Of a stretch of DNA of 64,000 nt, positions 37,992-48,508 are shown piece by piece. The first letter of the stretch is position 1, and each line of letters opens with the position of its first letter. The notes below the pieces were generated by a model. It did not search any database and had not been told where the DNA came from. It saw nothing but the letters and a program-made list of their open reading frames with translations. The stretch comes from an uncultured Poribacteria bacterium (GTDB lineage: Bacteria; Poribacteria; WGA-4E; WGA-3G), in contig CATQHZ020000001.1 in NCBI GenBank assembly GCA_958296135.2, forward strand, positions 3,328,001 to 3,392,000. Direction: 5' to 3'. Position numbers and translations under genes: made by a program.

Positions 37992-39452
37992 TTATTCGTG
38001 TTGCAACGCCTCAACCGGATTCAGATTCGCCGCCTGCCATGCCGGGTAGAGCGTTGCCAGCCAGCAAATCAGGAACGATAGCGCGTTGATGAAACCGACA
38101 AAGAACCAATTCACCTTTATCGGCAACTGATTCATCTGATAAATTTGGCTGAGCCCTAACTCCACCAGTGAAATCGGCTTGACGAAACAATAAAGCCCAA
38201 ACCCTATTGAAACGAGCCAGAAGAGCCATAACGCCATTTTAAAACCGCCCGGTCTCGGTGTAATCCGCCGCAACGCAATCAGCACTTGTAACAAAACAGG
38301 CATAGCGACGATGAGGGCCCACCACGGGGACGGCCGAAGACTGTTGGAACTGAGGAGCCAACAGAGCGTGAGTCCCAATCCTGTGCCGAGCAGTGTGCCA
38401 AGTATTCCGATAACGCTTCCCTGAATCATGAAGATGCCCATAATGCTCCCACGTGAGGCACCGAGCGTGCGGAACGTGCCAACGTCCCTCGTCTTCTCCA
38501 TGACAGTCATAATGAGCGTGCTTGCGATGTTAAAAGCCGCCACTAAAATAATGAGTGCTTCAATGACGACTGTGAGCGTCTTCTCTAACCGCAGTGCGGC
38601 GAAGAGGGGCGCGTGCACCTCCATCCACGTTCGCGCTATCGGGAGTCCCTCTAAAACAGAAAATTGCACCGTGTCCGTAATCCGTGGTGCCGCCTGAGGT
38701 GCCACTTCCGCGTCACGTAGCCGGACAAAGATGGCGTTGACACGATTGGCTCTGTTATACAATTTCTGCGCCGCCGCGATGTGAATAAACCCAAAGCTGT
38801 TGTCGTAAACCGCCAATTCCGATTCATACAACCCGATGACGACGAAGTTGGAGAGATCTGGGATGAACGTATCTGGGTTTATCGGATGTTCCTGAAGTTC
38901 CACGACGAGCCGCAAGATATCGCCTTTGACGATACCGAGCCGGTCTGCCAGGCGCGCGCCGAGCACGATGCCGCCGGTTACCGTATTATCGCTCAAGCGT
39001 TCTGCCTTTGCAATGAGAGGCGAATTCTGGAAGTCAACGGAGCCTGCCACAAATCGTGAGAAGCCTGTCACTATGTCTTCTTTCGCCGGTTCAATGCCTT
39101 TGATGTGAATCACGTCCTGAATTCTTTTGCTATGTTCAGGAAAAACGGCGACTTGTGAGTAAACCACCGGGGATGCGGCGACGACTTCGTCAAGTGCCTC
39201 AATTTGTGCAATGCGTTGTGTGTACCCTCCAAAAAAATCGCTACCGTGTAGCATCAACACGACGTGTGCCTCATTCGCGAGGAAGCGTTCCTTGAGGCCG
39301 TGCTCAACGCCGTTTAGAACGGCAATCGCCAGAATCACGGTTGCCACACCGAGCGCGACACCGCCGATCGAGATGATACTGATGAGCGAGATAAAGGACT
39401 GCTTTCGCCGCGAACGAAGGTATCGCGAGGCGACAAACCATTCAAATTTCAT
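37992..39452 (-). CDS. lolE: Lipoprotein-releasing ABC permease LolC/E
   Basis: FEWFVASRYLR, VAAFNIASTLIM.V.EK and YPA.QAA.L.P.EAL. Confidence 0.9.
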   Translation of the reverse strand: MKFEWFVASRYLRSRRKQSFISLISIISIGGVALGVATVILAIAVLNGVEHGLKERFLANEAHVVLMLHGSDFFGGYTQRIAQIEALDEVVAASPVVYSQVAVFPEHSKRIQDVIHIKGIEPAKEDIVTGFSRFVAGSVDFQNSPLIAKAERLSDNTVTGGIVLGARLADRLGIVKGDILRLVVELQEHPINPDTFIPDLSNFVVIGLYESELAVYDNSFGFIHIAAAQKLYNRANRVNAIFVRLRDAEVAPQAAPRITDTVQFSVLEGLPIARTWMEVHAPLFAALRLEKTLTVVIEALIILVAAFNIASTLIMTVMEKTRDVGTFRTLGASRGSIMGIFMIQGSVIGILGTLLGTGLGLTLCWLLSSNSLRPSPWWALIVAMPVLLQVLIALRRITPRPGGFKMALWLFWLVSIGFGLYCFVKPISLVELGLSQIYQMNQLPIKVNWFFVGFINALSFLICWLATLYPAWQAANLNPVEALQHE

Positions 39453-39463
39453 ATTTTTTGGCG

Positions 39464-40261
39464 TTATCCCTCGATTTCCGCCCGGAGTCGCTCGAGTTCT
39501 GCTAAAGCCTGTTCAAGTTGGGCTTCGGCATCTTTGCGTGCGCGTGCCTCTTGCTGGGCTTGTGCCTCGGCATCTTTGCGTGCGCGTGCCTCTTGCTGGG
39601 CTTGTGCCTCGGCATCTTTGGCGCGCCCAAGGGCATCTTCGGCGAGATTCACGGCTTCTACCGCACGCGCCTCTGCTTCTAGCGCGCGTTCACTTGGCGG
39701 CTGCAACCACCGCCGCGCCCGAGCATCGTAAAAGCGCAAACCTTCGGGACGCTCACCCAATTCCAACCCCAGAACCGCGGACTTCAACCGGCCATCCACA
39801 AACGGTATCTCTTCATACGTATCGCCGACGAGCCGATACCCGATGAGCGGATGCTCAACGACACCATACGGAATGTAGAGATAATATTCTTGCACGCCGA
39901 GAAGAGACGCGTAAATCGCCTTCTTCCTACCCTGGTCCTGCCGATAGGTGCCGAGGCTGCCTACCTCCAACACAAAAGCCGGTGCGCGCCGTTCTTGCTC
40001 AATAACATAGAATCGCCGCTGTTTTTTCGAGACACCGTGAACGACGAAGACATCCGGCGCGACCATCTTCATTTTGACACCATCTCGGTAGTAGACGAAA
40101 AGATTGCCCGAGACATAGACATTCGGCGCGGCCGAGAAGTGCTCTTTAAGCGTCTCAATGCAATCCACCATTAAGTCGCGATGCAAGTCAGTTTCAGCCA
40201 TAGGCTTCCCATCCGATTCCGGATAGTCAAGGGTGGGTGCAGACTGGATTTTTCGCTGCAT
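39464..40261 (-). CDS. Uma2 family endonuclease with coiled-coil tail
   Basis: YPESDGKPMAET, APDVFVV, VLEV and EYYLY; EARARKDAEAQAQQ repeats. Confidence 0.9.
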   Translation of the reverse strand: MQRKIQSAPTLDYPESDGKPMAETDLHRDLMVDCIETLKEHFSAAPNVYVSGNLFVYYRDGVKMKMVAPDVFVVHGVSKKQRRFYVIEQERRAPAFVLEVGSLGTYRQDQGRKKAIYASLLGVQEYYLYIPYGVVEHPLIGYRLVGDTYEEIPFVDGRLKSAVLGLELGERPEGLRFYDARARRWLQPPSERALEAEARAVEAVNLAEDALGRAKDAEAQAQQEARARKDAEAQAQQEARARKDAEAQLEQALAELERLRAEIEG

Positions 40262-40300
40262 TATTTCCCCTCCTAGCATTGTTCTACGCGCTTCCGACGC

Positions 40301-40855
40301 TCACGGGCGCGCACAAACAAAATCACGTTTGAGTATACCATAGAGGATAGACGCTTCAAAAACGCCGCACCGTTTGACCTCTCTCGGAGAGTCCCTCTCA
40401 TAACGCATCCCTATCTTCTGCATCACGCGTCCAGAAGCAGGATTCCGTTTGAAGTGGTAAGCGTAAATCCGATTGAGACAGAGCTCTTGAAACCCGTATG
40501 CGAGTATAGCACGCGCCGCTTCGGTGCAATAACCACGGTTCCAATAAGGTTTTCCTACCCAATAGCCGAGTTCGCCGGTTCCGGGAGCGTCCTTAATCCC
40601 AAGTCCAATCGCGCCAATTAGAGTTCCCTCCTGTCGGCGTGTTATCGCGAAAGTTGCGCCTGCGCCCTTTTCAAACTGCTCGTGGCAGGAACTAATCCAC
40701 TCTTCTGCCACACCATCTTCGTAAGGGTGCGGCATGCTACACGTCATATCGGCGATGTCACGTTCCCCGGCGAGGCGTTGCACATCCGCCGCGTCCGCAA
40801 GCGTCAACGGACGTAGTGTGAGTCTATCGGTGTGGCGTGTCGGTTGCGTTTTCAT
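40301..40855 (-). CDS. RimJ/RimL-type GNAT acetyltransferase
   Basis: T.RL.LRP, ELGYW, YWNRGY.TEA and N.AS.RVMQK.GM. Confidence 0.92.
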   Translation of the reverse strand: MKTQPTRHTDRLTLRPLTLADAADVQRLAGERDIADMTCSMPHPYEDGVAEEWISSCHEQFEKGAGATFAITRRQEGTLIGAIGLGIKDAPGTGELGYWVGKPYWNRGYCTEAARAILAYGFQELCLNRIYAYHFKRNPASGRVMQKIGMRYERDSPREVKRCGVFEASILYGILKRDFVCARP

Positions 40856-42331
40856 TTAACTCTCCGGTCGCATCTGTGGAAACAGAATGACATCCCGAAT
40901 GGAGTATTGGTTTGTGAGCAACATCGTGAGCCGGTCAATCCCGATGCCGAGGCCGCCGGTGGGTGGCATACCGTATTCCAAAGCGCGGAGGTAATCTTCG
41001 TCCAACATGAACGCCTCTTCGTCGCCATTCTCTAACCGATTTGCCTGCTCAATGAAGCGTTGACGCTGATCGACCGGGTCATTTAGTTCGCTAAAGGCGT
41101 TGCCAACTTCCATGCCACTGATGAAAAATTCAAAGCGTTCCACGAATGCGGGATTATCGGGCTTTTTCTTCGCGAACGGAGATACCTCAATCGGGTAATC
41201 GGTGATGAACGTCGGCTGAATCAGTTTCGGTTCGACGAACGCGTCGAAGAGCTCGGCAATGATTTCCCCCTTGGATTCATCACCGGCCAAAGCAACCCCG
41301 GCGTTGACAGCCTCCGAGTAAAGTGCATCGGCGGACAGCGCCCCCGGGTCGAGGTTTTCGCTATGCTCCCGAATAGACTCTATCATAGTGAGTCTGCGCC
41401 AGGGCGGCGTGAAATCGATTTCATGCTCCTGATAGGGAATTTTGGTTGTGCCGTGGATGCGCGCCACCGTATTCGCGATGAGTGTCTCTGTCAACGCCAT
41501 TATCTGGCGATAGTCGGCGTAAGCCTGATAGAGTTCCAGCATTGTAAATTCAGGGTTGTGGTCCCTGTCCATGCCTTCATTTCGGAAGTCGCGCGAGAAT
41601 TCGTAAACCCTGTCAAACCCGCCGACGATGAGCCTTTTGAGATAGAGCTCGTTTGCGATGCGCAAATAGAGGGACTGCGCCAGCGTATGGTGATACGTCG
41701 TGAAAGGGCGCGCGCTTGCGCCACCGTAGATAGGTTGGAGCACCGGTGTCTCCACTTCAATAAAATTTTGCGCGTTGAGCATGTCCCGAATCGCTTGGAC
41801 AATTTGTGTCCGCTTGATAAAGACGTTCTTTACCTCCGGGTTCATGATGAGATCGGCGTAACGTTGCCGATAGCGCGTCTGTTTGTCTTGCAAACCGTGC
41901 CATTTTTCGGGTAGGGGCCGGAGCGATTTGGAGAGCAGCTGCACCGCGTCAACGAGGACGGTGAGTTCCCCGGTGCGCGTCCGGAAAACCACGCCCTCAA
42001 CCCCGATGATGTCGCCGACATCAAAGCGTCGATAAATCAGATAAGGTTCCGCGCCGACTTTGTCGCGGCGGACGTAAATCTGGATGCGCCCCTCGCTGTC
42101 TTGTAGGTGCGCGAAGCTGCTTTTGCCGTGGTCGCGCTTCGTCATGATGCGGCCGGCGAGTCGGATGCGTTGCGTTTCGTCAGGTGTCTCTTGCGTCTCG
42201 GCGAAGTCTCGGTGAACCACCGATGTGGTGTGCGTCGGTTCGTATTTATGCGGATACGGCTCCACGCCGAATTCGCGAATCTCGTGCAATTTGTCGCGCC
42301 GCTGCTGAATTAGAGCCTTTGTTTCTTCCAA
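40856..42331 (-). CDS. lysS: Lysyl-tRNA synthetase (class II)
   Basis: YRQRYADL, EVETP, FRNEG, HNPEFTMLE and GMPPTGGLGIGIDRL; TTGACT-17-TATAAT promoter at 42364-42392. Confidence 0.98.
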   Translation of the reverse strand: MEETKALIQQRRDKLHEIREFGVEPYPHKYEPTHTTSVVHRDFAETQETPDETQRIRLAGRIMTKRDHGKSSFAHLQDSEGRIQIYVRRDKVGAEPYLIYRRFDVGDIIGVEGVVFRTRTGELTVLVDAVQLLSKSLRPLPEKWHGLQDKQTRYRQRYADLIMNPEVKNVFIKRTQIVQAIRDMLNAQNFIEVETPVLQPIYGGASARPFTTYHHTLAQSLYLRIANELYLKRLIVGGFDRVYEFSRDFRNEGMDRDHNPEFTMLELYQAYADYRQIMALTETLIANTVARIHGTTKIPYQEHEIDFTPPWRRLTMIESIREHSENLDPGALSADALYSEAVNAGVALAGDESKGEIIAELFDAFVEPKLIQPTFITDYPIEVSPFAKKKPDNPAFVERFEFFISGMEVGNAFSELNDPVDQRQRFIEQANRLENGDEEAFMLDEDYLRALEYGMPPTGGLGIGIDRLTMLLTNQYSIRDVILFPQMRPES

Positions 42332-42501
42332 CGGTTCTTCCTCCTTTCCTTTTGGCTGTTTTAATTATACCTTAATTTTCGTGATAAGTCAACCGAAAAA
42401 TTTGCGATGTCTGTTTTCACGGGCTGCGAGCGGTTTTTGGTTCTTCACGGCACGGCGAGGAACAGGTTTCCCTCGCCCTACGGTTCATCAAGGTTTTTCG
42501 G

Positions 42502-43606
42502 CTATTTCCGCTGTGCCTTCAACTTTAGGTACCCCTCAATGAAGGCATCTAATGCGCCATCCAACACCGCGTCAACATTGCCAGTCTCGATGTTTGTGCG
42601 CACATCCTTGACCCGCTGGTAGGGATGCAGGACATAGGAGCGGATCTGGCTGCCGAAGTTAATATCGGGACGTTCGCTGCGCTGTTTGGCGAGTTCTGCA
42701 TCGCGTTCTTCGCGATACCGTTCATAGAGCCGCGAACGTAACAACTTCATCGCAATCTCCCGGTTCTTATGCTGTGAACGTTCATTTTGGCACTGCACGA
42801 TAATCCCGGTAGGCTTGTGCATAATCCGAACGGCGGAATCGGTGACGTTGACGTGCTGTCCGCCTGCGCCGCTCGCGCGGTAGCAATCGATGCGAAGCTC
42901 TTCGGCTTGGATGTCCACCGCCACCGTGTCATCAATCTCGGGCGTAACGTCAATCGCGGCGAAGGAGGTATGCCGGCGGTTGTTAAAATCAAACGGTGAT
43001 AGCCGCACGAGCCGGTGGACTCCCGCTTCGGCTTGTAGATATCCGTAGGCGGCTGCGCCCGCAACGAGAATAGTCGCGCCTTTAATGCCCGCCTCATCGT
43101 CCGTCGTCACATCGACGATTTCGGTTTTATAGCCACGCCTGTCGCACCACCGGAGATACATCCGCATAAGCATCTCAGCCCAATCTTGCGCGTCAATCCC
43201 GCCGGCCCCGGAGTGGATACTGAGAATGGCGTTATTTTCGTCAAACTCGCCGGTGAGCAGTAAACGGAGTTCCATTTTCTCCAAACGGTTCGTCGCCGCC
43301 GCCAAGCCGCTGGAGAGTTCGGCGTGTAAGGTGGTATCGTCTTCCTCAATGGCGAGTTCCAGCCAGGACGCTAATTCCTCAATCTCGCTGTTCAGTTTTT
43401 CATAGTCGGCGATTTCCTCTCGGAGGAAGGCGATGCGCTTGTTCACCTTTTGGACGCGTTGCGGGTTCTTCCAAAAATCAGGCGCGAGCGCGTCGTCTTC
43501 TAACCCCGCCAATTCATTCTGTTTTTCAGCCAGGTCAAAGATACCCTCGGAGTTCAAGCAACCGGGTGCGCATTTCTTCGACCTGGGTTTTAAGTTCTAC
43601 AAGCAT
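42502..43606 (-). CDS. prfB: Peptide chain release factor 2 with programmed +1 frameshift
   Basis: ATG 43606 reads MLVELKTQVEEMRTRLLELRGYL, then CTT-TGA-C at 43540-43534 preceded by an internal SD (GAGGG); the +1 frame has SPF and GGQ. Confidence 0.96.
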
Positions 43607-45286
43607 CTATTCTTTTCTCCCTTCGTAAATTTTCCATGCGAGCCATCCGATGCAGAGCATCGCGCAAAGGATCGGAAACCAATCGCCGTAGCGCGTATAA
43701 AGCGTCTGCCCGCCTGCTGCCGTATCCCCATGGGCGAGAGGCACACGCGCAACGAGAACCTCTTGCGTAGCGTTCGGCGTAATCAGCGGCGTTAGCGTCC
43801 TGCCGAATTTATCAACGACACCTGACACTCCGCCGTTCGCGCAGCGGAACACAGCAATGCGATTCTCCACCGCGCGGAAAGGTGCCATAGCGAAATGCTG
43901 TTCCGGGAACGCTGTCCCGACAAACCAAGCGTCATTCGTGAGGATGCCCATCACGCTCGCACCTTCCTTGACGAACTTGCGAAAGTGGTCTGGAAAAACA
44001 GACTCGAAGCAAATCGCAACGCCAATGTCAATTCCCTCGGTGCCGTTTCTTTTAACGTTTGACAGCGATAAAAGGTTTACTTTTTTTCCCGGCTCAAACG
44101 GTTCAAAGAGGATAAAGTTCGGGACAAAGTCAGGAATAAACCTTGCTAAAGGCACATATTCCCCGAAAGGAACGAGGTGCATTTTGTCATATTGCCCGAG
44201 TGCTTCCGCTTGCGGTGATAGCAAAAAGACGCTGTTGTAAAGTTTCTTTGATTCATCACGATGGGTTGTCCCGATAAGGAACGGAACCCCGGTCTCTCGC
44301 AGCAGCCGCCTAAACCTGCCGTGGGAGGCTGGCCACGCCCCTGTCACTACTTTCTCTCGCACCGCGGTTTCAGGCCACACAATGAGCTCGGGTGACACCG
44401 CGCTTGCTTGCTCTGTCAGCGTTATATAGCGGCGCAATATGGCCGGCACTTCATTACGGTTCCATTTCCGAAGTTGCGGAATGTTGCCGGGGACGAGCGC
44501 GACGTTTAAATCGTTTTGGCCTGGGGACGCGCTTTGTAAGCGCGCCTCCCCCAATTGCAGTTGCAAAATCCCGTAACCAAAGCAAGCGAAGGACAAGATG
44601 AGCGGCACTACCACTGCCGGTGCACGAAGTAACTTGAATAAATTGGCACGCTGAGGAACAGGCCCGCGCCCTACGTCATGAGATGCGTTGAAGATTAAAG
44701 TTGCGATACCGGCATTGAAAAGCACGATGACAAAACTCACGCCGTGCACACCGAATATGGAGACTATCTGTATCCCCGGCAGATTGTTCCACTGCGAATA
44801 GCCGATGCTTCCCCACGGAAACCCGGTTAACATCCAACTCCGCACCCACTCCAGTGCTGTCCAGATGCAGGCGGCCGCGATAGGAAATAGCACACTAGCG
44901 CTCCACGGCAACATGTGGACTAACGCGGCGCATACCCCGAAATAGAGCGCGGTATAGCCAACGAGGAGCAGGTACCCGAGCAAGGTCGCGTAGATGCTCG
45001 CATACGGATAGAGGAGCAAGATGGCAAGCAGCATCCCTGCGAAAAAGAGGAAACCCGTTAAGTAGCCGATACCGAAAGCGGACTTCCAACTCTTGGCATG
45101 CCTCAGCGCGACGAAGAGCGGCACCAGTGCAACCCAAGCAAGCGGAAAAAGGTTCGCATGTGGGAAGCTGCAAAACAGCAAAATCGCCGACAGTGTCGCG
45201 AGTATCCAGTGTTGGTAGCGTTTGACGAAATCTTTCGTAGGGTTACCCTCCACGAGAATTTTGGTATCCAACAGTGCGTGAATCAT
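43607..45286 (-). CDS. lnt: Apolipoprotein N-acyltransferase
   Basis: GFPW, VWPE, YDKMHLVPFGEY, ICFE, TNDAWF and RAVENR. Confidence 0.95.
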   Translation of the reverse strand: MIHALLDTKILVEGNPTKDFVKRYQHWILATLSAILLFCSFPHANLFPLAWVALVPLFVALRHAKSWKSAFGIGYLTGFLFFAGMLLAILLLYPYASIYATLLGYLLLVGYTALYFGVCAALVHMLPWSASVLFPIAAACIWTALEWVRSWMLTGFPWGSIGYSQWNNLPGIQIVSIFGVHGVSFVIVLFNAGIATLIFNASHDVGRGPVPQRANLFKLLRAPAVVVPLILSFACFGYGILQLQLGEARLQSASPGQNDLNVALVPGNIPQLRKWNRNEVPAILRRYITLTEQASAVSPELIVWPETAVREKVVTGAWPASHGRFRRLLRETGVPFLIGTTHRDESKKLYNSVFLLSPQAEALGQYDKMHLVPFGEYVPLARFIPDFVPNFILFEPFEPGKKVNLLSLSNVKRNGTEGIDIGVAICFESVFPDHFRKFVKEGASVMGILTNDAWFVGTAFPEQHFAMAPFRAVENRIAVFRCANGGVSGVVDKFGRTLTPLITPNATQEVLVARVPLAHGDTAAGGQTLYTRYGDWFPILCAMLCIGWLAWKIYEGRKE

Positions 45287-45519
45287 CCGTATTTTTTCAA
45301 CCGCTCCTCTTCAATAATTTTCTTGCATTCCTCGTCAGTCGGTGGCGGGGTATCCGTTCTCACAATCGCGCGTATCTCCTCCAGTGTCATCGTCTGCGGC
45401 GGTCTGGGAATCTGCGGCGGCACCACCGTTTCCAAAATTTGACGGGCAAGATCAATCCGCACGGCCGCATCCCATTGCCGCACGCGCTCAAGCACCTCGA
45501 AAATCTGCTCGGAATCCAT
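45283..45519 (-). CDS. Small antitoxin-like protein (copy 1)
   Basis: 78 aa, paralogous to 45681-45917, ends IIEEERLKKYG. Confidence 0.7.
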   Translation of the reverse strand: MDSEQIFEVLERVRQWDAAVRIDLARQILETVVPPQIPRPPQTMTLEEIRAIVRTDTPPPTDEECKKIIEEERLKKYG

Positions 45520-45548
45520 ACTCTGAAACTCCTTATCGTTATCGGGTT

Positions 45549-45660
45549 AATAGAAGGGACCTCATCAACAGGAAATCGTTCCTATCAGCAGTGATGAGAT
45601 AGGTTTTAACAACCTCCGCCTTGACGATACATCATCGGAAACAACGGTTTCAAATAGGGT
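45549..45660 (-). pseudogene. Possible decayed PIN-domain toxin remnant
   Basis: Minus-strand fragments FETVVSDD and YLITADRNDFLL, in different frames, resemble PIN motifs. Confidence 0.4.
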
Positions 45661-45680
45661 ACCACGATGTGACAAAAAAG

Positions 45681-45917
45681 TCAACCGTATTTTTTCAACC
45701 GCTCCTCTTCAATGATTTTGTTGCATGCCTCATCGGTGGGCGGCGGAGTATCCGTTCTTAGCATCGCGTGAATCTCTTCCAGCGTCATAGTCTTCCGCGG
45801 TCTGGGAATCTGTGGCGGCACCACCGTCTCCAAGATTTGACAGGCGAGGTAAATTCTCACGTCCGCATCCCATTTCTGCACGCGCTCAAACCCCTCGACA
45901 ATTTGCTCGGAATCCAT
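45681..45917 (-). CDS. Small antitoxin-like protein (copy 2)
   Basis: 78 aa, near-identical architecture to copy 1. Confidence 0.7.
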   Translation of the reverse strand: MDSEQIVEGFERVQKWDADVRIYLACQILETVVPPQIPRPRKTMTLEEIHAMLRTDTPPPTDEACNKIIEEERLKKYG

Positions 45918-45931
45918 GTTTTGAAACGCCT

Positions 45932-48040
45932 TTAAAAAATATCCGCCTTCAACAAATACGCCATCTTGATAAACACAATCCGCTCTGTCTCACCATCGGC
46001 ATCGCGGTTGTCGTTGTAGACGATGAAGAAGTTGCTCTCCGGACGATACTCATAAGCAAAAAGCCCGAAGACGCGGCGTTCCTTTTCCAAGGTAAACTCC
46101 GCACTGGCTCTCGCATACATCCGCTGCGCAAACTGATAATTCACGATGAAACGGCGCGTCCATTCCGATAGCCGCCACCGCGTAGCATCCGGTTCCCGTT
46201 CATGGAGACGCTGGAGGATGAACTCAAAACTGAGCTTTGGTGTAGGACGAATCGTAATCTCCGGTCGGATGAAGAACGTATCCCGATTATCGCGCACGCC
46301 GAATGTGCCGGTGTTCCGAATTTGGATATACTTCGGTGGAAACCAGCCCGCGAAAAAGCGCACCGTCCTGTCCGTAAAGGGCTCATTCTCATCGTTGACG
46401 TGATAATACCATTCAGGCCCGAGGAGAAAAAAGAAGTCTTTCACGCCGAGCAATCCGCTGAAATTCGCGCGGTGGTTCGTCAGTTCGCCTGCATGGTTTT
46501 CAAGCCGTTCATAAGTGACTTCCCCGCGGAGTCGTTCCAGCGCGCCTTTATACTGCTTGTTATAGCGACTTCTCAAGACGAAGCCCCGTCTATCAATGCG
46601 CGGGATAAAGCCGGTTTCGGGGTTAAAGTTTTCACCGATATCCGCGTAAATCGCATCAAATGAAAACACGTTCGTCCGCCGGTCTAATTGGATAAAAACC
46701 AGACCATCCGCTGTGTTTTCTGTCATGTTGAAGCCGCCTGCCTTCCATTCTCTGGCGTACTCCAAATTGAGATTCATCTCCGCGGGGAGCCGAATCCGCG
46801 CATCCATCCCGCCTGCCCTATCGTAGACACCACCGCGCTGCTTGTTTACACCTAAAACGCCGACAGATGAGGTTTTCCCCAACTCCCGTTGCAACCGAAA
46901 AACAGTATAGTTATAGTCATTAAGCGGTAAGTCTCCCGCCTCCATTTCCTGCTCTTCGTTTTCAGGGCCGGCGATGGCTCCCATCAAGGCGATGTTGTAA
47001 TCGCTGACCTTGCCGATGACTTTCCCGCCGCCAACCAGGGCTTCGACGCGGCGGCTATAGAACAAATCGAGCGGCATTTGGAACAGTTCGTTTCCCTCAA
47101 GGAAAAAGGGACGTTTTTCGGGAAAACGGAGGGGGATGTCGGTTAAATTGACGAGGTCCGGGTCTGCCTCGATCTGGGCGAAATCCGGATTGAGCGTCAC
47201 GTCCACCGTGAAATCGGCGATGGGATACCGCACGTCAATGCCCGCATCTGCCCTCACGCCAACTGGTTCATCGCCGATTTGTTGCGGCTTCAAGGTGCTG
47301 TAAGGCTTGAGTTTCAGCGGCCGCTTCGTCACCAATTCGGTAATCGGAATCCCGGTCAACCGTCCGAATCGAGACACCGCGTATTGGCGTTCACCCAAAT
47401 CTACCCAGGTCTGCTCTTCGCCGAGAGCTTCATCGTTTCGCCAGAAGTTGATACCCCACGTTGTGGCTGTCGGCTCCTTTGGAAAACGGAGTGAGGCAAA
47501 CGGAATGGCGAACTCGGCTATCCACTTGTCTGTATCCTTGCTGGCTTGTCCTGTCCATTCGCAGTCCCACGAAATGGCGGTGCCGATTTGAGACGAGCCG
47601 GTGCGGCGGTTCGCGCCTTCATTCGTGAGCCGCCGGTCTGTCTGCGTGCCGAGTGGATTCAAGGCGAACGCGTAGCAGTTACGGTTATCCAGAAAGGTAT
47701 CAATAAGGATTTCGACGTGATCATCGGAGAAGAAGAACGAGTCGCGCCGCGTCTGATTCGCCGCGAGTTTGTGCATATCGCTCTTGAACGATTCAAAAGC
47801 GACGTAGAGGTTATTTGCATCGTGCGTCAGGTAAACGGTGGTTGCCTGCGATGCTGGGGCACCGCGCTGCGGCTCAAATTGGACGAATTGTCCGGTTTGG
47901 GCGGCGTTCTGCCAACATGCGTCGTCTAGTTTTCCATCGATTTTCGGGGGTGTTTCGGTTGAGACAGCGTTAATTTCTCGGCTAGCGGCGGCGATACCGC
48001 AGAGACAAACGATGCCGAGAATGCTTAGTACGATTTTCAT
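45932..48040 (-). CDS. CBM9-like domain plus DUF5916 outer-membrane protein
   Basis: Signal peptide, PKIDGKLDD..W, E.AIPF.SLRF, NPDF.Q.EAD and FPEKRPFF.EG; C-terminal F. Confidence 0.85.
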   Translation of the reverse strand: MKIVLSILGIVCLCGIAAASREINAVSTETPPKIDGKLDDACWQNAAQTGQFVQFEPQRGAPASQATTVYLTHDANNLYVAFESFKSDMHKLAANQTRRDSFFFSDDHVEILIDTFLDNRNCYAFALNPLGTQTDRRLTNEGANRRTGSSQIGTAISWDCEWTGQASKDTDKWIAEFAIPFASLRFPKEPTATTWGINFWRNDEALGEEQTWVDLGERQYAVSRFGRLTGIPITELVTKRPLKLKPYSTLKPQQIGDEPVGVRADAGIDVRYPIADFTVDVTLNPDFAQIEADPDLVNLTDIPLRFPEKRPFFLEGNELFQMPLDLFYSRRVEALVGGGKVIGKVSDYNIALMGAIAGPENEEQEMEAGDLPLNDYNYTVFRLQRELGKTSSVGVLGVNKQRGGVYDRAGGMDARIRLPAEMNLNLEYAREWKAGGFNMTENTADGLVFIQLDRRTNVFSFDAIYADIGENFNPETGFIPRIDRRGFVLRSRYNKQYKGALERLRGEVTYERLENHAGELTNHRANFSGLLGVKDFFFLLGPEWYYHVNDENEPFTDRTVRFFAGWFPPKYIQIRNTGTFGVRDNRDTFFIRPEITIRPTPKLSFEFILQRLHEREPDATRWRLSEWTRRFIVNYQFAQRMYARASAEFTLEKERRVFGLFAYEYRPESNFFIVYNDNRDADGETERIVFIKMAYLLKADIF

Positions 48041-48508
48041 AGGTTTTCTGATTTGGGAGCCTCCTTTTTTCGGTTGGGGGTATGTTATCGTATTTTGGGT
48101 TTTGTGTCAACTGCGAAAATTCAGGGCGATTTGGTTGTCTCAATAGAGGCGCGATGAAATCGCTTGGACTAGACAAAATCCTGCCCGCCTTGCGCGGGGC
48201 TCTCGCTTTTCTGAACCTGTTGCTTCAAAGCGGCACGCTCATGACAATTTGACAAGACGAGAACTGCTGCCTAGTTCGTAGCACGAGATGTCAAACCTTG
48301 CTTGCGAGGTAGCGAGGTTTATTTTTCTTCTAGGCGTAACGGGCCTGTCCCTAGCGCACCCGCGGTCGACGCGAAGATGTCCGATAGCCGAGAAAAAACA
48401 GATTTGATTTTTGGCGTTTTGTGTGGTATACTCTATTATGTCATCGGATTTGCAATTTCGACGAACCCACTTTTACGCGTTTCTATAACTAGACACAGAG
48501 GTAGGCAC

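Noticed and set aside
39520-39625. 42 bp tandem repeats in Uma2
   Set aside because: Ordinary coiled-coil tail expansion, common in this family.
42502-43606. prfB as a truncated gene or a novel recoding event
   Set aside because: CTT-TGA-C with an internal SD is the well-known autoregulatory +1 frameshift.
48302-48508. Extended N-terminus of the R-M protein in the ORF track
   Set aside because: The region contains a REP and promoter-like AT-rich sequence; GTG 48509 has an RBS and precedes the nuclease domain.
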